From an uncultured Chloroflexia bacterium (GTDB lineage Bacteria; Chloroflexota; Limnocylindria; Limnocylindrales; CSP1-4), in NCBI GenBank assembly GCA_963775855.1, contig CAVZKO010000007.1:481856-545855 (forward strand): a stretch of 64,000 bases of DNA, in the 5' to 3' direction. Positions 26,956 to 35,798 of this stretch are shown in pieces (positions within the stretch are counted from its first letter, which is position 1; each line of letters opens with the position of its first letter). The notes beneath the pieces were generated by a model, which had not been told where the DNA came from, did no database searches, and was given only the letters and a program-made list of their open reading frames with translations. The position numbers and the translations under genes were made by a program.

Positions 26956-28224
26956 GGGTCGTGATGTTTGTCCGCAACGACGTCCTCGTCGACGCTCGGG
27001 TCCTCAAGGAGGCAGGCTCGCTGAGCGCCGCCGGCCACGACGTGACGATCGTCGGGATCGTCCGACCGGGGATGCCGCCGACTCGTCGAGCGCGAGCAGC
27101 ACGACGGCTTCACGATCCTGCGGGTCCCGCTGCCGCGTTGGAACCGCTGGTGGCGCTGGTTCCGGGCCCCGTCACGGCTGTGGTCGCGGATCCGCCGTCG
27201 AGATGCGGCGCCGGGGTCGCGGATGGACGGCCTCGATTGGCTCGCGATGTGGCGGTTCGGCAACCTGGGCTGGGCCCGGGCGGCAGCTCGCGAGGCGGGT
27301 CCGGCGGACGTCTATCACGGCCACGATCTGACGGGTCTGCCGGCGGCGATCTTCGCTCGCGATCTGCACGGCGGTACCGCCCGCGTCGTCTACGACAGCC
27401 ACGAGCTCTTCGTCACGTCCGGCGCGGTCGTCGGGAGGCCGTCGTGGGCGGTCGCCTGGCTGGCTCGCCGCGAGCGCGAGTGGGCGGCGCAGGTCGACGC
27501 CGTGGTCACGGTGAGCCGGGGATACGCCGCCGAACTCGGGCCGCGACTCGGCCGGGACGACATCGTCGTCGTCCACAATTGTCCGCCGCGACCGGTCGGC
27601 GAGGTCGTGCGATCCGACGCGGTCCGCGAGGCGGCCGGCATCCCGGCCGGCGCACCGATCGTCCTCTACCACGGCGGCCTCCGGCCGGGCCGGGGCATCC
27701 GCGAGCTGGCTGAGGCAATGCTCGAGCCCGGCCTCGAACGCGCGCACCTCGCGTTCCTCGGCTTCGGACCATCGCGCGAGGAAGCAGAGCGGCTGGCAGC
27801 GGAGCCGCGGTTCGGCGGTCGGATCCACGTCCTGGGTCCGGTGCCGCCGATGGACGTCGTCAGCTGGGTCGCATCGGTCGACGTCGCCGCGATGCCGATC
27901 CAGGCAAACAGCCAGAGCTACTACCTGTCGACGCCAAACAAGATGTTCGAGGCCTTCGCGGCCGGTGTGCCGGTCGTCGCCAGCGACTTCCCCGGCATGC
28001 GGGGGATCGTCTGCGAGGACCCGGAACGGCCGCTCGGCGAGTTGTGCGACCCGGCCGACCCGGCGTCGATCGGCCGGGCGATCAGAACGATCGTCGAGCT
28101 GCCCCCGGACGCGTGGGCCGAGCTCGCGGCGCGCTGCCGACAGGCCGCGATCGAACGCTGGAACTGGGAGACCGAGTCGGCCCGGCTGGTCGAACTCTAC
28201 CGGCGTCTCGGACCAATCGAGTGA
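26952..28224 (+). CDS. GT4-family glycosyltransferase (paralog 1 of a tandem trio); apparent frame change near 27075-27082
   Basis: GTG 26952 overlaps the upstream TGA. MRVVMFVRNDVLVDARVLKEAGSLSAAGHDVTIVGIVRPG is in one frame. RLVEREQHDGFTILRVPLP...VYHGHDLTGLPAA...VVYDSHELF...IVLYHGGLRPGRGI...STPNKMFEAFAAGVPVVASDFPGM runs in the next frame to TGA 28222-28224. Confidence 0.75.
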
Positions 28225-29576
28225 CCGGCGAGGCGCCGTCGATTGCGGCGGAGACGATCCCCCAGCGGGCGTCGCTCATCCTGCCGTCAAGCGGTGCATT
28301 CGACTCGCGGGCCTGGCGAATTGCCAGCGCTCTGTCCGCCCGCGGGCACGCGGTCACGGTGCTCGCTCGCCGGGAGTCCGGCCAGCCCAACGAGGAGATG
28401 CATCCATCCGGCTATCGGATCGTCCGGGTGCCGGTCTCCGCGGTCGACGGCCTGCCCGGACCGCTCCGGTCGGTTGCACGTCGCCTCCGCCGGCCGCGCA
28501 CTGCGCCGCTCCCGAACGTCAGCGGGCCCGAGGTGCCGACGGCGAGCGGGGGCCGGCGCCGCAGGCTCCTCGAACGCGTTCGAACTGCGTGGTCCGCCGG
28601 CATCCGGCTGGCCGCGATCGCCCTGACCGTCCGTTCCCAGCGACTGGCCAGCGCGCGGGTCGCCCCGTCCGCGGACCTCGTCCACGCGATGGCCTACATG
28701 GGCATCCCGATCGGTCTCGACCTCGGCCGGCGCGATGGTGCGCCGGTCGTGTACGACGCCAGGGACATCTACATGGACGCCGCCAACATCGCCCGCTTGC
28801 CGGGCGCCGCCCGGCGTCTGTTCGGCTGGGTCGAACGGCGCTGGGCCAGGAGGGCGACCCGGCTCGTGACTGTCAATCGGCCATACGCCGAGGTGATGGA
28901 GCGCCGGTTCGACGTCCCCCTGCCGTTGATCATCATGAACTGTTCCTACCGGCGCGAACCGCCGGCGATCGAACCCCGGCGGTTCCATGAGCTCCTCCAC
29001 CTCCCAGCGACGACCCGGGTGGTGCTCTACCAGGGCGGCTTCTCGCGTGAGCGGGGGATCGAGCAGCTGATCGAGGGGCTGCCCGCGTTTCCGGAGCGCA
29101 CGGTCCTGGCTCTCCTGGGATACGGCGTCCTCGAAGCGGAGTTGCGACTGCGGGCCGCCGCGCCGGACGTCGCCGGCCGGCTCTTCGTGCTACCCGCGGT
29201 GCCTCCGACCGATCTCCTCGACTGGGTCGCGTCGGCCGACGTCGTCGCGATTCCGATCCAGCCCTCGACGCTCAACCACCGCCTGACGACGCCGAACAAG
29301 CTGTTCGAGGCGATGGCTGCGGGCGTTCCCGTCGTCGCCTCCGACCTCCCGGGGATGGCGGGGATCGTCCGCGCGACGGGCTGCGGCGTCCTGTGCGACC
29401 CGACGTCGTCGGCCGCGATCGCCGCGGCGATCGACTCGATCCTCGACGCCCCGGCGCCGGAGCGCGCCGCCTACCGGGAACGGGCGATCGCGGCCGCGCA
29501 CGGGGAGTACAGCTGGGAGGCCCAGGTCGAGGTCCTCCTCGCCGAGTACGGCCGCTTGACGGGTCGCGCGTGGTGA
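28221..29576 (+). CDS. GT4-family glycosyltransferase (paralog 2, intact)
   Basis: GTG 28221 overlaps the upstream TGA, and the frame is uninterrupted for 451 codons. Motifs: LILPSSGAFDSRAWRIASALSARGHAVTVLA, VVYDARDIYMD, VVLYQGGFSRERGI and TTPNKLFEAMAAGVPVVASDLPGM. Confidence 0.85.
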   Translation: MTGEAPSIAAETIPQRASLILPSSGAFDSRAWRIASALSARGHAVTVLARRESGQPNEEMHPSGYRIVRVPVSAVDGLPGPLRSVARRLRRPRTAPLPNVSGPEVPTASGGRRRRLLERVRTAWSAGIRLAAIALTVRSQRLASARVAPSADLVHAMAYMGIPIGLDLGRRDGAPVVYDARDIYMDAANIARLPGAARRLFGWVERRWARRATRLVTVNRPYAEVMERRFDVPLPLIIMNCSYRREPPAIEPRRFHELLHLPATTRVVLYQGGFSRERGIEQLIEGLPAFPERTVLALLGYGVLEAELRLRAAAPDVAGRLFVLPAVPPTDLLDWVASADVVAIPIQPSTLNHRLTTPNKLFEAMAAGVPVVASDLPGMAGIVRATGCGVLCDPTSSAAIAAAIDSILDAPAPERAAYRERAIAAAHGEYSWEAQVEVLLAEYGRLTGRAW

Positions 29577-30967
29577 GCACCGGGGTACCGGGGACGGTGC
29601 CGCGCCGGGCGGTCGTGCTCGTCGGCGGCCCGGCGGCACCCTATTCGCGCGCGATCCGGATCGCCCGGGCCCTCGCCGCCGAGGGCTACGCGGTGGAGAT
29701 CGCGGCCGTGGCCGCGCCGGGGCTGCGCGAGCGGCGAACCCGTGGCCCCGGCGGCAGCCGGTTCGGTCGGCGATCCGGCGCCGGATCCCGGCGCGGGTAG
29801 GCGTCATCGAGCTGCGCCGCTACCGGCCATCGGGCGCGTGGGCGATCGCCGGGGCGAGCGAGGCCGCGACCGGGGCAGCATCGACCGGCCGCACGTCGGG
29901 ACCCGGTCTGGGTCGGCCCGCTGCGACGCGTCGTTCGCGCGCTCGCGTTGCCGCTTCTCGTCGCCCGTCGCTGGCTCTTCTGGCCCCATGCCGTCCGCGG
30001 CTGGTGGGCGACCCTTGCCCGGAAGCTGGCCCCCGCCGACCTTTACCACGCCTGCGGATCCCTGACGATCGCCGCCGCCCTCGCCGCCCGCGAGCGCGCG
30101 CCGGTCGGGCCGTCCGGGAGCGCGCTCGCGCGTGATCTACGACGCGATCGACAACGTCGCCGAGTCGAACGAGGCACTCTCTCTCCCCGCGCCCTTCCGC
30201 CGCCGTAACGCGCGGAAGGAGGCCGAGTGGGTACGCGCCGCCGACGCGGTCGTCGACGGTCAATGACACGCTGGCCGAGCTCCTCGAGGCGCGGTGGCGT
30301 CTGGATCGGCCGCCGCTCGTCGTCGCCAACTTGCCCGAGCCCTGGGTCGCCCCCGGCCCTGACGCGGCGTCGCCCGGATCATCTCCGGGCGGCCACCGGC
30401 CTGCCTGCGTCGGCGCGGATCGTCCTGTTCCAGGGTCGCCTCGGGCGCGGGCTCGGACTCGACGAGGCCGCCGAGGCCGCCATGCTCGTGCCCGACGCGG
30501 CGCTTGTCCTGCTCGGGTTCGGGCGAGGCATGGCCGCCAGCCGCGAGCGCGATCGCGATGCGCGCTTCGCCGGCCGACACTTCACGCTTCCTGCCCGCGA
30601 TCCGGACGAGCTGCTTGCTTGGACGGCGTCGGCGGACGTCATGCTGGTCCCGCTGCCGCCCGTCTCGATGAACCAGCGCTTCTCGACCCCGAACAAGTTC
30701 TGGGAGGCGCTCGCGGCCGGCACGCCCGTCGTCGTCGTGAGCGGGCTCGAACTCATGGAGCGCCTCGTCGTCGAGCACGACCTCGGGGCCGTCGCAGCCT
30801 CCACCGCGCCGCCCGACCTCGCCGCCGCGATTACCGACGTCCTCGACCGGCTCGCGTCCGACGGCGCGGCGTGGCGGGCTCGCATTGCCGCGACGAGCCG
30901 CGAGCGGTTCGGGTGGCCCGGTGCGGCAGCGGCGTATCGGGCGCTCATCCGCGGGATCGTCCAATGA
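29573..30967 (+). pseudogene. GT4-family glycosyltransferase (paralog 3), reading frame broken at least five times
   Basis: GTG 29573 overlaps the upstream TGA. Similarity to paralogs 1 and 2 can be followed only by hopping frames:
- 29573 to about 29728: VLVGGPAAPYSRAIRIARALAAEGYAVEIAAV
- about 29795-29880: GVIELRRYRPSGAWAIAG
- about 29890-30125: LPLLVARRWLFWPHAVRGWWATLARKLAPADLYHACGSLTIAAALAA
- about 30128-30255: VIYDAIDNVAESNEALSLPAPFRRRNARKEAEWVRAADAVV
- about 30258-30350: TVNDTLAELLEARWRLDRPPLVVANLPEPW
- about 30355-30967: ARIVLFQGRLG...STPNKFWEALAAGTPVVV. Confidence 0.7.
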
Positions 30968-31003
30968 GCGACCGGCGGCCGGCGTGCGGAGCGCGAGCCG
31001 TGG

Positions 31004-32062
31004 ATGGTGATGCGGGCGAGTCGCGGACGGGGCTGGGGCGGCGAGATCCGGCGGGCCCGGATCTTCGAGCGCCTCGCCGAGCGCCAGCATGCGCAGGTCG
31101 TCGACGACTGGCCGACGTTCCAGCGGGTAATCCGCGGCCGGCGGTGGCAGGCCTGGCTGCCCGGCCGGCGACCGCGACCGCACCTGGCCGCCTCCGAGTC
31201 GGCGCCGCCGAAGTGGATCGAGCGCATCGTCGCCCTCTCCGATCCAGTGGCGCTCGCGATCTACGACGACCCGGTGGCCCAGGCCCGGGCGCTGGGAATC
31301 GAGATGAGCGCGGCGCGGGCCGAGGAGTTGACCCATCGCCGCCGGGTCAATGAGGCGGCCTTCCGCTGGCACGTCGTCTCGACGGCGTCGTCGGTCGAAT
31401 TGTTCGGGCTCGACCCGGCACGGGTGATCGTCGCCGGCAACGGGACCGTGGCGAGCCACGTTCGGCCCGGTCCGTGGCCCGACGTGCCGGCCATCGGCTT
31501 CGTTTCCGGGGCTGCGCCCGGGCGCGGGATCGAACTCCTGATCGAGGCCGTTCGGCAGGTGCGGGTGGAGGTCCCCGAGACGCGCCTGCTGCTGTGGCTG
31601 ATCGCGACCGGCTCCGACGGCGAGGCCTACATCGAAGGCCTCCGGGCGGCCACGGCCGGCGACGACTGGGTGGAGATCGGGACGGCGCCGTACGAGCGCC
31701 TCGGGCCGAGCCTCGCCCGCGCGACGGTCCTGGCGATTCCGCACCCTGCCAACGACTACATGGACGTCGCGTTGCCGGTCAAGCTGTTCGACTCGATGGC
31801 GGCCGGCCGGCCGCTCGTCGTCACGCCCCGCCGGGAGACCGCCGCGATCGTCGAGCGGGGCGGGGTCGGCCTGATCACCGCCGACGACGATCCAGCCTCG
31901 ATCGCCGCGGCATGTGCGCGTCTCCTGACCGACGAGCCGCTCGCCCGACGGATGGGCGCGGCCGGCCGAGCCATGGCCGAGCGAGAGTTCGACTGGCCGC
32001 TCGTCGGCGACCGGATCGCCGACGAGATCCTCCGCCGGGAAGGGCTACTCGTTCGAGCTTGA
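31004..32062 (+). CDS. Glycosyltransferase (GT1/GT4-like C-domain), paralog A
   Basis: ATG 31004, an intact 352-codon frame. The C-terminal half (FVSGAAPGRGIELLIEAV...LLLWLIATG...LPVKLFDSMAAGRPLVVTPRRETAAIVERGGVGL) looks like a GT-B C-domain. It is clearly paralogous to the gene at 35799-36860. Confidence 0.7.
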   Translation: MVMRASRGRGWGGEIRRARIFERLAERQHAQVVDDWPTFQRVIRGRRWQAWLPGRRPRPHLAASESAPPKWIERIVALSDPVALAIYDDPVAQARALGIEMSAARAEELTHRRRVNEAAFRWHVVSTASSVELFGLDPARVIVAGNGTVASHVRPGPWPDVPAIGFVSGAAPGRGIELLIEAVRQVRVEVPETRLLLWLIATGSDGEAYIEGLRAATAGDDWVEIGTAPYERLGPSLARATVLAIPHPANDYMDVALPVKLFDSMAAGRPLVVTPRRETAAIVERGGVGLITADDDPASIAAACARLLTDEPLARRMGAAGRAMAEREFDWPLVGDRIADEILRREGLLVRA

Positions 32063-32620
32063 GGCGTGCCACGCGTCCGCCAGGCGCCGCAGGCCACCCG
32101 ACGACGCCCGGGCCGTCCCCTTCGCGATGAGCGGGGCCGCCGCGAGGTGGTCGTGGCCGTCGATGGGCAGGAGCTCCAGCGGCTCGCCGGCGCCGGCCAC
32201 GAGACGCTGGATGGCGTCGGTGGCCGGGCGCAGCGAGACCTCGGACCCGGTGCCTCGGCCGAGCCGCCGCAGCACGCGTCCCGATCGGATCGGCGGCCAG
32301 CCGTTCCAGCCGTCCGGCAAGCCCGCGGCGAGGTGGCCGCCCGGCCGGGACTGGGGGCCGCCAGTCGGTGTCGATCGCGACTTCAACGACGCTGCGGACG
32401 CGCGGGAGGTCGATCTCCGACGGCTGGGTGGACGGTCACGAGGTCGATCTGGGCCCGGAGCCCGTCCGGCAGCGGACCGAGCCGCAGCGCCGCCCGCGTC
32501 CCGATCGAGGGCGACGACCACCGTCCGGCCCGGCGCCGGCGCCCCGGCCGCGGTCGGGACGGACTCGGCGGCGCTCGTCGGGGCCGGCCTGCACGCCGAG
32601 CGCCTCGCGGTAGACGACCA
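32045..32620 (-). pseudogene. Frame-disrupted ORF of unknown function, or a C-terminal extension of the adjacent GT4 gene
   Basis: Coding-looking pieces lie in three different minus frames:
- GRTVVVALDRDA
- AALRLGPLPDGLRAQIDLVTVHP
- SEIDLPRVRSVVEVAIDTDWRPP
- LAAGLPDGWNGWPPIRSGRVLRRLG...LRPATDAIQRLVAGAGEPLELLPIDGHDHLAAAPLIAKG

The stop is at 32045-32047, overlapping the 3' end of the plus-strand gene by 18 nt. Boundaries are approximate. Confidence 0.3.
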
Positions 32621-33896
32621 GCAACCGCTCCGCGACGTAGGCGGCGCCGAACCGTCGCTCGACGCTGGCTCGGAGGGCAAGCCGGATCGAAGGAGGCGCG
32701 TCGTTCCAGCGTTCGGACGATGCCGTCGGCCAGCGCTTCGGGATCGTCGACCGCGACGAGGCCCCCGACGTCGTCCGGATTCGGCCCGAGAATCTCCGAC
32801 ACGCCGCCGGAATCCGTGGCGACGACCGGCAGCCCCGAGGCAAGCGCCTCGACCGCGACGACCCCGAACGTCTCGCGCGGGCTCGGGTGGACGAACAGGC
32901 TTGCCCGGGCCATCGCCGTCGCGATCCCCGCTCGATCGACCGCCGGTTCGAAGCGAACGACATCGGCGATGCCGAGCTCGCCAGCGAGCGCCTGCCAGCT
33001 CGCCTCGGTCGCCTCGTCCGGCGAGCGCCCCAGCAGCCGCAGCGTGATCGTCGGCCGGCGCTCGTGAGCCAGGGCAACCGCGCGGAGGAGGTTCTCGATC
33101 CCCTTCGTCGCCTTCCGGTAGCCGACGAACAGCAGTTCATCGGCGACCCGCTCCTCCGGCGGCGCCGGACCGAACAAGCTCGACGGGAACGGCGTTGGGG
33201 AGCACGGCGATCTTGGCCGCCTGGGGCGGGAATGCCGCCCGTAGCTCACCGGCGAGCATCTCGCTGACCGCCAGCACGGTGTGAGCGGCCGCCAGCGCGC
33301 CCTCGTAGCGTGCCCGGACGGCCGGCACCGCCACGATCTGCTCGACGAACGACGAATGCTCGGTGATCACCAGCGGCCAGCCGAGGCGCTCCGCGAAGGC
33401 GACCGCACCGGCTCCGTCGGGATACACCGTGTGGGCGTGGACGACGCCCCGGGCAAACCGCTCGTTGGCCCACCGGCCAGCGAGGGCACTGCAGCACGCT
33501 CTCGCGCTGGACGGCGGCATGCTCGGCCCCGGCCGCGCGCGTCTGCCCGTCCGCGACCGAGAGCCGCGCCACCGGCAGCGCCGGATCGACGCCCCACGCC
33601 GGCGCGACGAACAGCGGCGAGGCGCGTCGGATCGCGGCACTGGAGTCGGCGAGGACCGCGTCCGCCTGGCGGCTACGGGACCGAGCGCCGCCGCTCAGCC
33701 GAGCACCGTCGAACGAGATGACCGCGGGCCGCGCCGCGCCCGTCGCCGCGATCGCCTCGGCCTGGTCGGCGACGAACCGTCCGGCGCCGGGGTCGTCGTA
33801 GGCCGGGAACCAGCTCGCCACGACGAGGACGTCGATCGGGGGCGTGGGCGTCGCCGCCGCCTCAAGAATCTCTGCTTCCAGGTCCTTCTCCAGCAC
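32620..33896 (-). pseudogene. GT4-family glycosyltransferase, reading frame broken at least three times
   Basis: The start is probably GTG 33896 (or CTG 33905, overlapping the upstream stop). Pieces in successive frames:
- IDVLVVASWFPAYDDPGAGRFVADQAEAIAATG...
- ALAGRWANERFARGVVHAHTVYPDGAGAVAFAERLGWPLVITEHSSF...KIAVLPNAVP
- SSLFGPAPPEERVADELLFVGYRKATKGIENLL...FVHPSPRETFGVVAVEALASGLPVVATDSGGVSEIL...
- WNDAPPSIRLALRASVERRFGAAYVAERLLVVYREALG

Frame changes fall near 33490, 33190 and 32715. The 3' limit is uncertain. Confidence 0.65.
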
Positions 33897-33901
33897 GACG
33901 A

Positions 33902-34744
33902 TCAGGCGGCCGGCGTCGGCTGTGTCCCCTCGACCGCGGCCATCCGTCGCGCGAGCTCGGCCTCGCGATCGATCCGCGCCTGCTCTGAGCGCTCCTGGTG
34001 GAGGGCGACGACCTCTTCGGGCGGGCCCTCCAGGATCACGTGGCCCTGGTCGAGGAGCATCGCCCGATTGCAGAACTCGGTGACCCAGGCCATGTCGTGG
34101 GTGACGAGGACGATGCCCTTGGCTGCCTTCGTCAGCTCGATGATCCGCTGCTTGCTCTTCGCCCGGAAGACCGCGTCGCCGGTCGAGAGGACCTCGTCGA
34201 TGATGAGGACGTCCGGATCGACCGCCGTCGCGATCGCGAAGCCGAGCCGGGCCCGCATCCCGGACGAGTACGTCTTGATCGAGGCGTCGATGAACTCGCC
34301 GATGTCGGCGAAGTCGACGATCCCCGGCAGCCGCTCCTCCATGTCCCGATGGGGGATGCCGAGGAATGCGCCGGCCAGCCGGATGTTGTCGCGCCCGGAC
34401 AGGTCGGCGTCGAACCCCGCGCCGAGGGTCAGGAGGCTCGAGACGTGACCGACGACGTCGACGACGCCCTCGTTCGGCTGGATGATCCCGGCGAGAACCT
34501 GCAGCAGCGTGCTCTTGCCGGCCCCGTTCGGGCCGATGATCGCGAGACTCTCGCCGGGGACGACCCGAAACGAGACATCGCGGAGTGCCCAGAAGTGGGT
34601 CGGGCCCTCGTGCCGCTTCAGGAGGTTCTTGAACGAGGTGCGGACCGTCGTCTGGCGGGTGAGGCGGAGGTTGTAGCGGACCCCGAGCCGCTCGACATCG
34701 ATCGCGTAGTCGGGCGGCGGGGCGCTCCTGGCGGGGCCGCTCAC
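33902..34744 (-). CDS. Polysaccharide/teichoic-acid-type ABC exporter ATP-binding protein (Wzt/TagH-like, short form)
   Basis: GTG at 34744 overlaps the permease stop (GTGA). Walker A GPNGAGKSTL, signature YSSGMRARLGFA, Walker B VLIIDEVLSTGD and H-loop LVTHD. It has a short C-terminal tail only, with no large carbohydrate-binding domain. The longer ORF in the track (to 35425) is an out-of-frame read through the permease gene. Confidence 0.85.
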   Translation of the reverse strand: MSGPARSAPPPDYAIDVERLGVRYNLRLTRQTTVRTSFKNLLKRHEGPTHFWALRDVSFRVVPGESLAIIGPNGAGKSTLLQVLAGIIQPNEGVVDVVGHVSSLLTLGAGFDADLSGRDNIRLAGAFLGIPHRDMEERLPGIVDFADIGEFIDASIKTYSSGMRARLGFAIATAVDPDVLIIDEVLSTGDAVFRAKSKQRIIELTKAAKGIVLVTHDMAWVTEFCNRAMLLDQGHVILEGPPEEVVALHQERSEQARIDREAELARRMAAVEGTQPTPAA

Positions 34745-35595
34745 AGGACCTTGGCGAAGGCGGGCTCGACCCGCTTGAAGAAGAGGGTCGCCGCCAGCAG
34801 GAAGACCAGCGACGCAACCAGGACGACGGCGAGACCGAACCAGTTCGGCGCCGTCCCCTCGTAGATGACGGCTCGGTAGGACTCGAACAGCGGCGTCCAC
34901 GGGTTGAGCGCGAACAGCAAGTCTCCGACCGGGCCGGCCTTGCCCTGGACCTGGTCGAACGAGTAGAGGGCCGGCGACAGGTAGAACCAGAGCCGCAGGC
35001 CGTGCCGGGCGACGTTGGCGATGTCGCGGAAGAAGACGTTGATGGCCGAAACGGCGATGGCCGTCGCGAGGCTGAACACGAACTGGACGGCGGCGACGAC
35101 GGGGATGAGCACGAGGTACGGGCTGATTCGATCGGAATAGAAGAGGATCATCAGGGCGAAGAGCGGAATGAGCCCGAACGCGAAGTTGACGACGCCGCCC
35201 ATGGCTGCCGCGACGGGCAGGACGATCTTGGGGAATTTGACCTGCTTGATGATCCGCTCGCGCGACGTGACGGACACGATCCCGTCGTTCACGGCCGACG
35301 AGAACCACTTCCACGGCAGGATCGCGGCGAAGACGAAGAGGGGATAGTCCGGCTTGCCGATCTGGAAGATCACCGAGACGAGGACGACGTAGACCGCCAT
35401 CTGGAGAAGCGGATCGAGAATCCACCAGACATTGCCCAGTAGGGTGTCGGATCCATGCTTCTTGAGGTCTGCCCGGACGAGGTAGCGGGTGAGCCGCCGA
35501 TGGGTCCAGATCTCCCGGAAACCCGATGCGATCAGCTCCAGCGGTCCGGGCCTGCGGGCAGCCCGGAACGTCGGGGCGTCAGCGGTCGTTGCCAT
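34741..35595 (-). CDS. ABC-2-type polysaccharide exporter permease (Wzm/TagG-like)
   Basis: ATG at 35595, 284 codons, six hydrophobic helices, plus the conserved-looking N-terminal segment REIWTHRRLTRYLVRADLKKHGSDTLLGNVWWILDPLL typical of ABC-2 permeases. It is translationally coupled to the ATPase. Confidence 0.85.
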   Translation of the reverse strand: MATTADAPTFRAARRPGPLELIASGFREIWTHRRLTRYLVRADLKKHGSDTLLGNVWWILDPLLQMAVYVVLVSVIFQIGKPDYPLFVFAAILPWKWFSSAVNDGIVSVTSRERIIKQVKFPKIVLPVAAAMGGVVNFAFGLIPLFALMILFYSDRISPYLVLIPVVAAVQFVFSLATAIAVSAINVFFRDIANVARHGLRLWFYLSPALYSFDQVQGKAGPVGDLLFALNPWTPLFESYRAVIYEGTAPNWFGLAVVLVASLVFLLAATLFFKRVEPAFAKVL

Positions 35596-35798
35596 GCGCG
35601 CGTGAGCCTAGCACGGCGGTCGCCGCATGGCGGCCGATGGCGGCGTTGCCGCCTGCGCTCCTCGCTCACGGGCGTTTGAAGCCCGCTCGCTCCGGTGCTC
35701 GACGGCGCCTTGCCCTGAACGGCCCTGCGGCGACCGCAATCCGTTTGGCGGGCATCGTCGATAATCTCGGCGATGTCTTCCCCGTCTTCCCGCGCCTC

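Noticed and set aside
33246-34817. 523-aa minus-strand ORF
   Set aside because: It is a composite. Its N-terminal two thirds are an out-of-frame read through the ABC ATPase gene, and only the last part (from about 33896) is the true N-terminus of the GT4 gene.
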